DNA from: Amoebidium appalachense
Taxonomy: Eukaryota > Protista > Ichthyosporea
Reading direction: 5' to 3'
Assembly: GCA_963693365.1 (NCBI GenBank)
Contig: CAVNZM010000015.1
Coordinates: 4,595,502 to 4,659,501 of the forward strand
DNA length: 64,000 bases
Part shown: in pieces, positions 26,895 through 38,679 of the stretch
How the letters are laid out: each line of letters opens with the position of its first letter
Position numbering within the stretch: position 1 is the stretch's first letter
The notes under the pieces: model-generated
The model's database searches: none
Seen by the model: the letters and a program-made list of their open reading frames with translations, nothing else
Told to the model about the DNA's origin: nothing
Position numbers and translations under genes: made by a program

Positions 26895-28268
26895 GCCGTA
26901 GGATAAAATTACAGAATTCTGGGTGCTAAAAATGATCATCGGATTTGCGAAACTTGGAAAGATTTTGTCGTTATTTTGTGGAACGTTGTGGGGCTTTTGT
27001 ATTTTTGCGTGGCTTGTGTGTGTGCAAGTATCTTTTATTGATTCGGAGTTGTGGTTGGTTCATATGAATCAATTCTTTTTGTTTCTTCGTCTTTTTTTCC
27101 TGTCATAACTTGCTCTCTTTCCTTTTTGGTCTGTTGTTGTATGAAGAACTTATTTTTACTCAGAAATATCTACTTATGTTATATAGCATTAGAATTTAGC
27201 AGCATACATCTTAGCAACCATAAGCTTTCCGCGATTGTCCGTAATTTTACCTGTACTTCGAATTCACACTTGTGATCTCTTGCTACCAACATACACATTA
27301 ATATTAGCCATATCTGCTACATGCATATGCATTTGTGTATGCATCAATCCCGAAATATAGACCATGTAAACCAAACCACTATTAACATTAGTCTTATGGT
27401 TATTGGTCTTACATAACGGGCCCTTTCGATTATTATCTAGCTTTTCATTACTCAACCCATTCGCGATAAATGCGATACATTTTTTCAATTCGTGATGTCA
27501 TCGCCATGAAGTCACCTCTCGATCGCGATTTTATACCTGCGTATATCAATTGCTATGCAATTGTGTATACGCGCAAGGACATTGGATATGCTTTTGCACA
27601 CATGTCGGACCTTATATGGGTGATCCGATCGAACCAATTCCGAACAGACGTACCGGTTAATAAGTTATCACTCGACTGAGGCTCTGCCTACGGCATGCAT
27701 AAGCTCGCCGGTACCTAAATCTATGAAAATTCCGTTTATTGGTTGGTCCACATGACCACTGGTACATACATGAAAAGATATTGGTGATAATGTCTAGTAT
27801 ATCCTTTAAGTTATGTGTTACAAAAGTGCCTGAAGCTAAGAGTATGGCACATAAATGATGTATATGCCAATGGAAGTTGGTGCTGCAGGACACAAGTAGA
27901 AGAGGCAAGGAGGGAAAAAAGATGAGCATCCCTCAGGCTGGATGTTGGTATCTTTTGCAACATGAAAAGGATGAACTACGAGACAAGACCACAAAAACGT
28001 ATGTCATTGACAATGAAGACAAAGAAATACAAGTTTGCAGGATATCCATGGTACCAAAAAGCCCAAACAGTAGCAAAATCCGATTACAGTGCAGGCATAC
28101 TACGGGAAGTCCATTTTGTGGTTAAAGCGGAGCATGGTTTTAGGCTGTTAACGTTTACCAACAGCGGAGAAGCTGTCACCCCGGAAAGTGTTTAAATCGA
28201 AACTCGGCAGCCTTGCGCATCTTTTTCTTTTGGAAACAAACAGACATGTACAAAACAGAAACTTTCTG

Positions 28269-28575
28269 CTATTGACTATCTGTTGAACCACGGTATGTTT
28301 AACGAGTTTTCTAGGGTGTATGATTATTTAAGTCGTTATCTCCTCCGTATCCGAGAGTGAGGGCTTTTGTAATTTCTTCTCCGAGATATCGGTGATATCT
28401 CGATGACTTCCATTTTGCATACGTCTATTGACTATCTGTTGAACCACGGTATGTTTAACGAGTTTTCTAGGGTGTATGATTATTTAAGTCGTTATCTCCT
28501 CCGTATCCGAGAGTGAGGGCTTTTGTATTTTCTTCTCCGAGACTATCGGTGATATCTCGATGGCTTCTATTTTGC
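28269..28575. repeat. Near-perfect tandem duplication of a 156-bp unique sequence
   Basis: CTATTGACTATCTGTTGAACCACGG... starts at 28269 and again at 28425, with only a few differences. Confidence 0.9.
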
Positions 28576-30130
28576 TGAGCATATCAATAAAGTCATTATA
28601 TATAAAAAAACTTTCTCGGAGCAACACTATGGACTTCACTTTCACTTCGATCTCTTAGCTGTCACGTCAACCTTTTTTCCCAAATCTTCACCATGGCAGG
28701 TATATAAAGGCTTTCGGTTCTTCTTTTTGTGGTGGGAGGGAGTCCCACTCAGGGGAACATGACTGCAGCGTGTGTGTGGTGTGGCCTGGTGTATTCCTAC
28801 TGCTGTGAGAGTGTGGGGGCATCTCCCTTTCGCGGAGTTTCTCGCTTGAGAAGTGGTTTCTTCAACGCCTGGTGGTCCACTGCAACCTATGGTAACTTCT
28901 ACACGCTGTCTACATTTCTACGCGACCTATCGGCGGTGGGCTGCTGCAACTTCTTCAGCTACTTCTGCGCTGCGTGAGTGGAGGGGCGGCTATTTGGTCG
29001 TCGGGGAGCTTTCCAAGTGACTGCCAGTCCTTAGCCTCCAGTCGTATGGCAATGACCGGGTTTGCTTGCATGCATTCTGTGATTGTTGTTTTTCTGTGTG
29101 TCCTGCCACAACTAGGCAACCTTATCAGAGAGCTAGATGCAGTTTCTCCGGGTTATCTAGGGGCCGGGCCCGTTGGGATTGTTTTTTAGCTCAGATTTGG
29201 TCTGCATTGCTCTTTTAGAGGTTGACTTGCTTGCTGTGCCTCGGTAGGTTTTGCGGGGGGCCTGTTGGCAAGCAGCAGTACTGATGTCTTCTTGCGGAGT
29301 GTGGTCTGGTCAACATCGATGCATATGACTAGTTGGAGCAAACTAGTTTCACGCATACACGTACACTTAAGGTTTTGCCCGCTGGTGTCCTTTGTCACTT
29401 GTCGCTTTATTTTTATTTCCCAGCTTTGGCTTTTTCAGTTCTATTGGTGGTTATGTAGCCTGTGGCTGCACGTTGCCTTCGTCAACGGATCCTGTCACCC
29501 ATTGAGGTGACTCGTATTTTTCCTTACACACACAGCGAACACTGGACTCTCGGGACCGTAGAGCCGCCGCGAGAGAAAGCATGCACGCGGTCGCGAGAGT
29601 GTAAGGAAAAATAGATGGGTGTGAGGCGAACGGCAAGTTCATAGCAGCCCAGGCACCGTCAGTACGTGCCAGCAACGGATCAACTGAGAGTCAAAAGAAG
29701 AAAAAAAAATGTACGTATCATAACTAACTTGGCAGCTGCATTTCGGTTGCTTGGCCCTCTGTTGTGGCCGCTTGGCCCTCTGTGGTGGCCATCTAAATAT
29801 AACTTTTTCTATTCTCGGCTAACGTATTTTTGCGTGACACGATTTTATCTTTTTTAGGCACAAGTTCTTTGGGGGGTTTACGCTGTTTACTCGAGGCAAA
29901 GAGAACCAGTCTCAGGTATGGGGGGGGGGGGGGTTTGCTCGGAATATCCCCTCAGCGGTATATCATGATCACGTACATAGATGTCGGGTGGTGACTATAT
30001 ATCAGGGTTTACTTTCTCTACGAGACACCATAAAGACTATAAGGAGAAATCAATTAGTTGGGGTTCCCCGTTTTTTTTTTTTTTTTTTTTTTTTAAAGGG
30101 GCTCCCCTCGGGACACTCGGTATCAGCTGG

Positions 30131-30207
<77 letters not shown>

Positions 30208-30211
30208 TGCG

Positions 30212-30859
30212 CTATAATTTTGTAGTGATGTGTTTCTCAAGCCAATCAATACATCTAATAAACAGGTCGTAGTTACGCGTGTTTAGTATAAAATCAAGGA
30301 TGTTGTAATTTACAGGTAGGCTATCTTTCTGGGTGTCTGTTGTGAATGTGACGTGTGTGTGTTGCGGTATTATGTGGTCTATCAAACTACATTTGGCGAT
30401 ACATGACCGGTTAAACTGGTGTGTGTGTGTGTTGTTTGGGCATGCAAATGATGCCACCTTATACTTATTAGATCTCCACTGTATAGCACGTGTACAGTAA
30501 AAGCGTGGTAATTGATCAATAATACCATCAGCTAGAGAAAGACCAGTTCTACAGGAAGGTAATATGTATTTAGGTGTTATACACTTGCGAGTGCCATATT
30601 TGGCAATATGGTTGAGGCGGTCAGTATATATAAAACGAGACATAAGGCTTAGTTTTTCAAGGTGTATGCTTTCATCGGGTCTAGTGTCGTGTGGTATCTT
30701 TTTCCATTTGTTATATTGCGTGATTATCTTGTGATTGTGTACATGTTTAATAAGTAAGTGGCAGTCCAAAGTCACACACACACTATTGCGGGGTTTATTT
30801 GTGTCGTATCCTAATGTATGTGTACTAGAGACGCGGCACTCTACTAAGTGTACACACAC
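30212..30859 (-). mobile_element. 5'-truncated LINE: C-terminal Cys/His domain of ORF2, ending directly at a (CA)n tract
   Basis: The 215-aa ORF contains KYILPSCR..D..AIQWRSN..CP..FNRSC..C..ILDFILN..YDLF, the same motif series as the C-terminus of the RT-bearing LINE at 48391-48740. Confidence 0.7.
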
Positions 30860-31520
30860 GAAAAGGAACGAACGTGTACAGAAAAACGGTAAAGTTTATT
30901 AAGACCAGGCTCCGACGGGCAAACTTAGATCCGTACGGATTGAGTCTAAGTTACGACTGAGGCCATCAAGGCCGTGCCCTACAAGATCATCATCACCTGG
31001 CCCCCTACGATGCCACATTCCATTAACATTCCGATCTACTTTTATCGTGCGCCTGCACGAGCTAAGTCGATCTACTCAACTAATATATTTATCCAAGTCT
31101 CACCCCTCACCCTCCCCCTAGTGGCACCGCAGAGTCTAAATCTACATTTCATACTATCCTCCCCCCCCCTCCCTCCCCCCCTTTCCTCTACATCTAAATA
31201 TATAAATACGTTTGGCAACATATACTATCAAACCTTGCCAATCCTTACAAAAGGGCTTCTGCCCGAACAATGACATTCCTAAGTCCTCCTACGATCTATC
31301 CTACACACTAATTAGAATTCTATTGGACGGCTGTCCCGGCTGACGTGGTCCAATGCCCTGCGCCGGCAGAGGCAAGATGCACGCAGCTGTACAGCTATCT
31401 TGAGGCCCCGGACTTGATCTTGATGATCTGTGGACCCGGGCCACCCCCCCCCCCCCCCCCCCCCCCCCCCCGATCTCGATCGTAGACTTAGGCTAATCTG
31501 CTGAGACGGATTAGTATATG

Positions 31521-33091
31521 TCAATTTGTATTTGTGCCCAGGGGAGAAGGGGAGAGAGAGGGGAGGAAAGAGGGGAGAGGTGAGGAGGGGACAGGTCGGA
31601 TAGAGAAGAGAGGGTGGGAGGGCAAATACTTCTTTAAGCGGCTTATGTGCTTATTGAATTTCAGCGCGAGATAGGATACTCTAGCAGCTATTGGGACCAG
31701 ACCATATATCGAGAGCGTTACAGGCCCAGGTTTACAACAGTTGTTAGATAGAAAGGAGGCAACTTCTGCTTCAAGGAAATTTGCCAAGGGTTTAAGCGCT
31801 CTAGTTCTCTCTTTCTTGATCCAAGCGGCGAGAAGGGGGTAAACCATATTCACATGCCGGGAAGACAAAAGTGCGAATAAATGTAAGTCTAATAGAAGGA
31901 TGGAGGGGTGTGTCTTTAAAAATATTAGCCGAGAAGAAAGCTAACCGCTTACGAGCCAACTCTACCCTCTTTTCGACCATATGGGGAAACATAACACCAA
32001 CAGAATCAACCGGAACACCAAGATATTTGTATTCTGGAACTATAGGTACAGGTTTAGATGATAATGTAAATGTGTGTAAATTGTTAGCTATATCAGGTAC
32101 AAGAACACCACATTTGTCTATGTTAAGGATCATAAGGTTTGCCTTGCACCACTCTGACACTACATCGAACAATCTTTGCAGGCGTCTAGGGGTACGGGCA
32201 AGGAGGGACAGATCATCAGCATAGAGAAGTGCAGGCGGAAAGTTATTAATAGGGTCATCGTTTTCGGCGTAAATCTTGACAGCCAAATCATCTATAAATA
32301 GGTTAAACAAAAAGGGGCTAAGCAATGAACCCTGCAAGAGACCTCTAGTACGAGCAAAACCATATGAAAGATGCCCATTAACCACAGCTCTACCATAGGT
32401 TTGAGACAAGAGTGCTTCTAACAGAACACCAATGCAGTGTGGTACACCCCGTGCAGCAAGCTTTTCCCATAGGAGACCAGGGGAGACAGAATCGTAAGCA
32501 GTTTTCCAATCAATAAAGCCAACATATTGTGCACCAACTTGCATAGAATCGTGCAGTGCCATTATTTGAACATAACATGAATTGTTTTTACGAAAAGCGG
32601 ATTGGCATGGGTGTATGTGAAGAATAGATTGAAACCTAGGGTGATGTGCAAATAACCTAAGTAAGCAAGCTTCAAAGAATCTACGAACAACCTGGGTTAG
32701 TGTAATGGGGCGAAAGGATGATATGGGGCCCTCAGAGTCCTTCTTAACTATGGGGATCACTAAGGTATCTAACCAAGATGACGGGACATGTCCACATTTA
32801 ACACACCAAGAAAAGAGAGAGCTTAACATGATAGTAAGATCAGGTTTAATAGCACGATCACTTTCCTTTTGTGGGTAGGAGGGAACAAGGATTTTAAGAA
32901 ACCCAGCAGGGAGTCCATCAGGTCCACAAGACTTACTAGAGCTATAACTAGATATCACAGACCATATGGCATCGGGACTGAAAAAGGGGAGGATCGATTC
33001 TATGGGGATAGATGGGTCTACAGGCCACACAATAGGTTTCTGAGCGGGGGTCCTATCTTTAAACAGTTCCGAGAAATACTTATCAGAGTCT
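31521..33091 (-). CDS. LINE ORF2, reverse transcriptase part (frameshift in the G5 run at 31835-31839)
   Basis: Motifs KSCGPDG, FRPITL, QSAFR, FIDWKTAYDSV, GLLQGSLLSPFLFNLFIDDL, LYADD and YKYLGV. Confidence 0.95.
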
Positions 33092-33521
33092 TGTTGGAAG
33101 TAGAGTCCGCTGTGACTAGGGTCGTCGTGGCGCGCTTGGGCGCTGACCCGTTTTTTACTGCTTTCAGTGTGTTAACTCCATGACTGAACTCCATGACTGA
33201 ACTCCATGACTGAACTCCATGACTGAACTCCATGACTGAACTCCATGTCTGCACCTGGCAGAGACGTGGCTTATATACCCGTGGGGCAGCAGTCTGGAAT
33301 GTAATCCGGATGCCAGGCGCTAATCGGATTGGTTACTTTCATTTAGAGATCTCTGGGACCAGTGAACCAATCGTTTGCAGTCAAAACACAATTGGCAACA
33401 TTCCTCAACTATGCAGATGTGCATGTGGTGATCGAGTGTCAGTGTGTGTCTGTGTACACGGAACCAATTGTAAAGCTAACATACACATATTGTGGAGTGA
33501 GCGTAAGTCTGCACTCCAACA
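33092..33521 (-). repeat. 3' LTR of the TRIM, containing about 5.7 copies of the 13-mer AACTCCATGACTG (33174-33247)
   Basis: TG..CA termini with a short terminal inverted repeat. It matches 33824-34253 except for two transitions seen by eye. Confidence 0.95.
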
Positions 33522-33530
33522 CCCCTACCC
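33522..33530 (-). promoter_or_regulatory. Polypurine tract of the TRIM (GGGTAGGGG)
   Basis: Purine-rich run on the minus strand immediately upstream of the 3' LTR. Confidence 0.8.
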
Positions 33531-33808
33531 AATTGGAGAAGTGTACACACCACTAGAGAAGAGAGAGTGAGTGTGGCTACTTGCAGGGTAGACCGGGGTG
33601 TGCATTCCACTGTGGTGCTTGCCCCGCCAATGAAGTGGAATACTTGACGTTGATGTCGCAGGCTGCTGCGGATGGAGTTTGTGGAAGCGAAAGTCTCTAC
33701 TTCACGGAAATACGCTCGCGGGTGTAGGGTACAGCCTAGAAGTCGGGTTCTGGCTCCTCCGTTCAAGGCGTCGTAGGGGACGTGAAGTTAGAGGCCGCGG
33801 TGTCGTGT

Positions 33809-33822
33809 CTGGGCCCATAACC
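33809..33822 (-). promoter_or_regulatory. Primer binding site GGTTATGGGCCCAG (internal initiator-Met tRNA half, copia/Hemivirus type)
   Basis: Lies 1 nt after the 5' LTR and matches the Drosophila copia-type PBS complementary to the anticodon-arm region of tRNA-iMet. Confidence 0.88.
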
Positions 33823-33823
33823 C

Positions 33824-34253
33824 TGTTGGAAGTAGAGTCCGCTGTGACTAGGGTCGTCGTGGCGCGCTTGGGCGCTGACCCGTTTTTTACTGCTTTCAGT
33901 GTGTTAACTCCATGACTGAACTCCATGACTGAACTCCATGACTGAACTCCATGACTGAACTCCATGACTGAACTCCATGTCTGCACCTGGCAGAGACGTG
34001 ACTTATATACCCGTGGGGCAGCAGTCTGGAATGTAATCCGGATGCCAGGTGCTAATCGGATTGGTTACTTTCATTTAGAGATCTCTGGGACCAGTGAACC
34101 AATCGTTTGCAGTCAAAACACAATTGGCAACATTCCTCAACTATGCAGATGTGCATGTGGTGATCGAGTGTCAGTGTGTGTCTGTGTACACGGAACCAAT
34201 TGTAAAGCTAACATACACATATTGTGGAGTGAGCGTAAGTCTGCACTCCAACA
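33824..34253 (-). repeat. 5' LTR of the TRIM
   Basis: 430-bp direct repeat of 33092-33521, with a TATA-like GGTATATAAG on the minus strand. Confidence 0.95.
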
Positions 34254-35307
34254 AGTCTATGAGGGGGTCTCCAGTGGTATCACCAATAATACGAGCAGGG
34301 GGGCCAAATCGATTCATACTAGCAAGCCGGCGCAAGCTTTCCTTTTGAGACAGGGGTTCACCTAGTCTAGCGGGAGTGGTGTTTGGTAACAAGAGAGCAT
34401 CGGGATATTCCTTCCTACCACCGCCAGCATAATCACCGAGATCTATCAAATCATCAACAATAAAGTTAGTGCATGTATCTAGTACGAGATGTGAATCTGG
34501 CCTGGCTTGTGCAGATTCTAATAGGCGCATATATATAGGGTGTTTCGTAGCATAGCATACACATACATCAACTCTACCCCACTGTGACTTAAGCTGGGAT
34601 AGACGGAGGCGAAAGGTGGGAGGGGGAGGGGGGAGCAGATCAAGGGAGATCTTAGGTAGGAAAAGGATAGGAGAGTGGTCAGATGACCTAGAGAGGTTAC
34701 TAATAGGAGGGAGAGAGAGTTTTGACATGGTTGATGGCCAAAAGGCCACTCCCCAGTCGGTGTTGTGGGCATGGGATATTTGAGGGAACCGCAAAGTGTG
34801 ACTTTGGACATACCTTGCTAAAGGGATAGCACGCTCCGGGGGCTTAGATGGGTACCCGACACTCACTTGCAGTGTGTCTGTGTGGTGGAGTCGCGTGTTA
34901 AAATCACCTAAAATAACAGTGGACATTGGTAACTGTGACAACTCGTGAGTCAATTCGACAACCGACATAGATGGTGGGTAATATACAAAAGTAAAAACAT
35001 TAGAAAGAAACTCTATAGAAACCGAGAATTCCGTTTTTGCTACCGGTTTGCACTTCACTCTCACGTGTGGTGCGGCAAGTACAATAATGCCTCGGTTTTT
35101 CGCGTAACCGGGGTGTGTGGATGTGTCGACCAATGTAGAGTTGAATTTGTGGTGGTTTTTAAACTGTGTTTCGCAAATCACTGTAAACGTGTGGTTGTTT
35201 GTCTGTTGTTGTATGTAGCTGATTTTATCGTCGAGTGTCCCGGGGGGGAGGCCCTTTTGGGGGCCCAGTGTCCGAGCATTCCAGAAGAAGAAGGATAAAT
35301 TAGGCAT
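34254..35307 (-). CDS. LINE ORF2, apurinic-like endonuclease (APE/EEP) part
   Basis: Motifs FFWNARTL, VICET, VYYPP, ILGDFN and SDHSPI. The ATG overlaps the ORF1 stop (ATGCCTAA). Confidence 0.93.
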
Positions 35308-36079
35308 CGGTTTGGTCCGACACCTGTGGGGTTGGTTCCCACTTGTCGCTTACGGGGTCGTATGCACGACCTTCCGCCAGCGCGAACAGTTCGCAGAAGA
35401 GCTCGATTTCCATCTCGCATCGGCGTTTGCGCTCGAGCAGTTTCTTACCAGAAAACATTGGTTCCTTCGTGTCCGTGTCTATCACGCTCGTAGCATCGTT
35501 TTCCAACTTTGCGAGGAACTCTTTTGCCTTGCTGATGCGTACACGACAACGTGTGGCGCACGCATTCTTAGCAGACACTTTACGTTCTTTGTCTGCTTTC
35601 TGAATGTTTTCCGGCGCGCATGGGTCGTAGCTTGGGAGGTGGGTGAAGAAGCTTCCACACCCCTTTGTCGCGTCACGGATGAACGCACGGTTATAGTCGC
35701 CCCGTACTGCTACTTCCAGCACATCGTATCCAATGAAGGACAGACAAAGGATGCGAGAGCACCGGAAGCCGAGAGCCTTGAAGATGGACCACATGGCCCT
35801 GTGTGGGCGTCTGCCGTGCTTGACTTTGAAATACACCCTCTCGTATTTGGGTGGGATGTTGATGTTACCGTTTGCTTGGGTGTTCCCCTTAGCCGGCGGT
35901 TTGGGAGGGGAGTTGCGGCGGTACTCGTTGCCTGCAAGAATGCTGGCATATGTTTCCTTGGCAATTTGGCGGAGCTCGGGTGTTTTACGAGAGTTCGCAT
36001 ATTCTAGGAACTCTGCCGGGAGCTGTGCTTCCGGTCCTGTGTTGTTTTGTGTTGGGGTGGAAAAAGTTCTTTGGGGGTT
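35300..36079 (-). CDS. LINE ORF1 (gag-like); frame open from 36079 but without an early ATG
   Basis: Lies directly upstream of the APE domain. ETYASILAG and IFKALGFRCSRILCLSFIGYDVLEVAV..SYDP resemble ORF1 of fungal-type LINEs (recalled similarity, not searched). Confidence 0.7.
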   Translation of the reverse strand, partial: NPQRTFSTPTQNNTGPEAQLPAEFLEYANSRKTPELRQIAKETYASILAGNEYRRNSPPKPPAKGNTQANGNINIPPKYERVYFKVKHGRRPHRAMWSIFKALGFRCSRILCLSFIGYDVLEVAVRGDYNRAFIRDATKGCGSFFTHLPSYDPCAPENIQKADKERKVSAKNACATRCRVRISKAKEFLAKLENDATSVIDTDTKEPMFSGKKLLERKRRCEMEIELFCELFALAEGRAYDPVSDKWEPTPQVSDQTDA

Positions 36080-37005
36080 TTAATGTGTTTTACGCAAACA
36101 TTAATATGTGCTTTACGCAAAAATGTATTTTTTCGATCAATCAAACCAATCACAATACGAGTCCTCGATCAACTTTTCCTCCTTTTCGTATTCTACATTG
36201 GGGTTTACACACTTCTTATTGCCGGAGGCCCAGCCACATTCGACGGCCTACTGCGTTTTCCAGCACAGCCAATCAAATGCAGCCAGTGACATATGTACAT
36301 GCTAGGCAACAATGAGCGCCATCGTAGTATCTGACACCCCTATTACATATTATAGGTAAGCAGAGGCTAGCATCGGTAGCTCTGTTCTACATTATCGCAT
36401 GGACCCTTGTAGAGCATCTTAGGAACTTTAGGAATTCGGTAATATTGAAGAGGCGGGTAAACGTCACTCCCGTCTAGAAAAAATAAAACAAAAGAAATAT
36501 TGGACCTTAACCAAACTTTATAAACCAACCTGTCAACTATCACGGAAGACAGTTGCTACATTGTCAGGTGCTTACCAAAATCGTGGCACAGTCAGTTTTC
36601 CAAAATCCGGTTTTTGGTGCCATTTTTTCTCATCTAATTAGTAGCCTGATCACTTTATCATAGAAATAACCAACAAACAGAATTTGCTACAAGTACAAGA
36701 CATTATTAGTTGTTTCATTATAGATGTTTTCACTTGCCTCCAATAATTCTAACTGGCGTTTTTAGATTTCATATGATCAGGCTGATAAGGTCATGAGTGC
36801 CGCCATCGGATAGATCCTCGCTGTGTAAGCATGCATGTACATGTGCACATGCACACGCGCACGTGTGTGGCGGTGTACATGTAAACAAACATAATGCTCT
36901 GCCGATAGATGGAAGCATGCATGCAGGGGATAGAAGGGCTGGTCATGGTACGGCGTGGTGGTGGTGGTGGTGGTGGTGTGTGTGTGTACATGTATGTGTG
37001 TGTGT

Positions 37006-37042
<37 letters not shown>

Positions 37043-37220
37043 AGGGCCCGGGGGGGGTTGCACGGGTGTGCACGTACTGTACATGTGTGTGCACGCGCAT
37101 GTGCATGCATGTGCGTGTACATGTTCGTGTGTATGTGCGTGATTGTGTCGATGTGTGTGTGTGCTTCGCATATTCATTCCGCTTCTTTGTTCGATTCGTT
37201 CTTTCTTTTCCTTTTCCCCG

Positions 37221-37261
<41 letters not shown>

Positions 37262-38110
37262 TACATGTCCATTTTCCCCAACCGATGTTTTCGATTGCAA
37301 AAAACAGTTTCTGTCTCGAAAAAACATCAACTACTATGTACATCTGCAAGAGGATTGACATATTATTAGAATAAACCCACCATGCCCAGCAAATATGTAT
37401 GTAGCTCATATAGGTATAGCGATCATATACATCACACTTAGATAGATCTAATAATATTAGCCTGATTGCTATTAAAGGTCCAACATAGATCGCCTTGATC
37501 CACATTTGACACTCGAGCACGGCGTTCTATTTCGAAGAAGTACACTTTGGGATTAATATTTGTTTTCATTGCCTAAAACAACCAAAATACAGAAAAGTTC
37601 CCCTCTAAATTACACTTCCGATTTTCCTTTAAAAATTCTCCTATGTATACCCCTTGGCCTTCAAAACCCTCAAACATACAATTTGCTCATTTCCACGCCT
37701 TCAAATCCCCCCCCCCCCTCCCCCCCCCCCCCCCCCCCCCCCTCCCCCCCCCCCCCCCCCCCCCCCCCCCCGGCGCGCGAACTTGCATCACTCTCCGTTG
37801 TTCGACTGGGTTCCCCCTCCCTTCACCACCCTCTCCAAAATGATCTGCTTGGGCCCCCCTCCGAAAATTTCCACCAATGATCTCTCTCCGCACGTGTCGC
37901 ATGTGACCCAGTTGCTAGGGTAGGGCAGGCTGACACCTTCTAGAAGAGTCTGGTCGTGGCAGTTGGGGCATGCGCCCGTGTAGTGGTGCGTGTCTTCTGC
38001 TTCCGCCTGTACGTGTGTGTACGTGTACGTGTACGTGTTTGTGTAAATGTAGCGTGTGTACGCATGTACCCGAGGTATGGTGTATGCGCGCGCGAGGTGT
38101 TGGCGGTGGT

Positions 38111-38166
<56 letters not shown>

Positions 38167-38350
38167 GGTGGGTGGGTGGGTGGGTGGGTGGGTGGGTGGG
38201 TGGGTGAGAGGGGGGGGGGGGGGGGGGGTTAGATTACACAACAATAACGGGCAATACAATGCCAAATGCAAACCGCACAGACTATGCTTTATAGGCAGAG
38301 CCCATCCTCCAGGAGGGCCCAAGTCATTCATAGTTCCGAATTCGGGGGAA

Positions 38351-38386
<36 letters not shown>

Positions 38387-38420
38387 AGTGCTTGCTTTTT
38401 AGTCGTGATAGGTGTCGAAT

Positions 38421-38635
38421 TTATTCGGGGTTGACGTGCCAGGAGCAAGTATTCCTACTATCATGTGTTGAAATCAGAGGCATGTTGGTGATGAAGAAAT
38501 AGGGGCAAGTAAACAGGGAAGATGTTGAATCCCTCATAGCCAAAGCTGCACATTGACATATACAGCACGCACCCATGAGTCATACACTCGGGGCATTAGA
38601 ATAACAGCGTGCACACACACACACGCACGCACACA

Positions 38636-38679
<44 letters not shown>

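Larger units (their letters stand above)
33092..34253 (-). mobile_element. TRIM (terminal-repeat retrotransposon in miniature) with copia-type priming; non-coding 302-bp interior; 5-bp TSD AGTCT
   Basis: Two 430-bp direct repeats with TGTTGG...CCAACA ends. AGTCT occurs at 33087-33091 and 34254-34258. A PBS and a PPT abut the LTRs. Confidence 0.95.
31200..36080 (-). mobile_element. Near full-length non-LTR retrotransposon (ORF1 + APE endonuclease-RT ORF2) with a nested TRIM; both ends approximate
   Basis: ORF1 at 35300-36079, APE at 34254-35307, RT at 31801-33091 and a degenerate C-terminus to ~31300, all collinear on the minus strand. Confidence 0.92.

Noticed and set aside
33174-33247. 13-bp repeats as CRISPR or telomeric repeats
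   Set aside because: There are no spacers, and the repeats are internal to both LTR copies.
34171-34253. C-terminal extension of the APE ORF (LLECRLTL...)
   Set aside because: Read-through into the inserted LTR, not part of the LINE protein.
35312-36007. 231-aa plus-strand ORF
   Set aside because: Antisense shadow of LINE ORF1 with no recognisable motifs.
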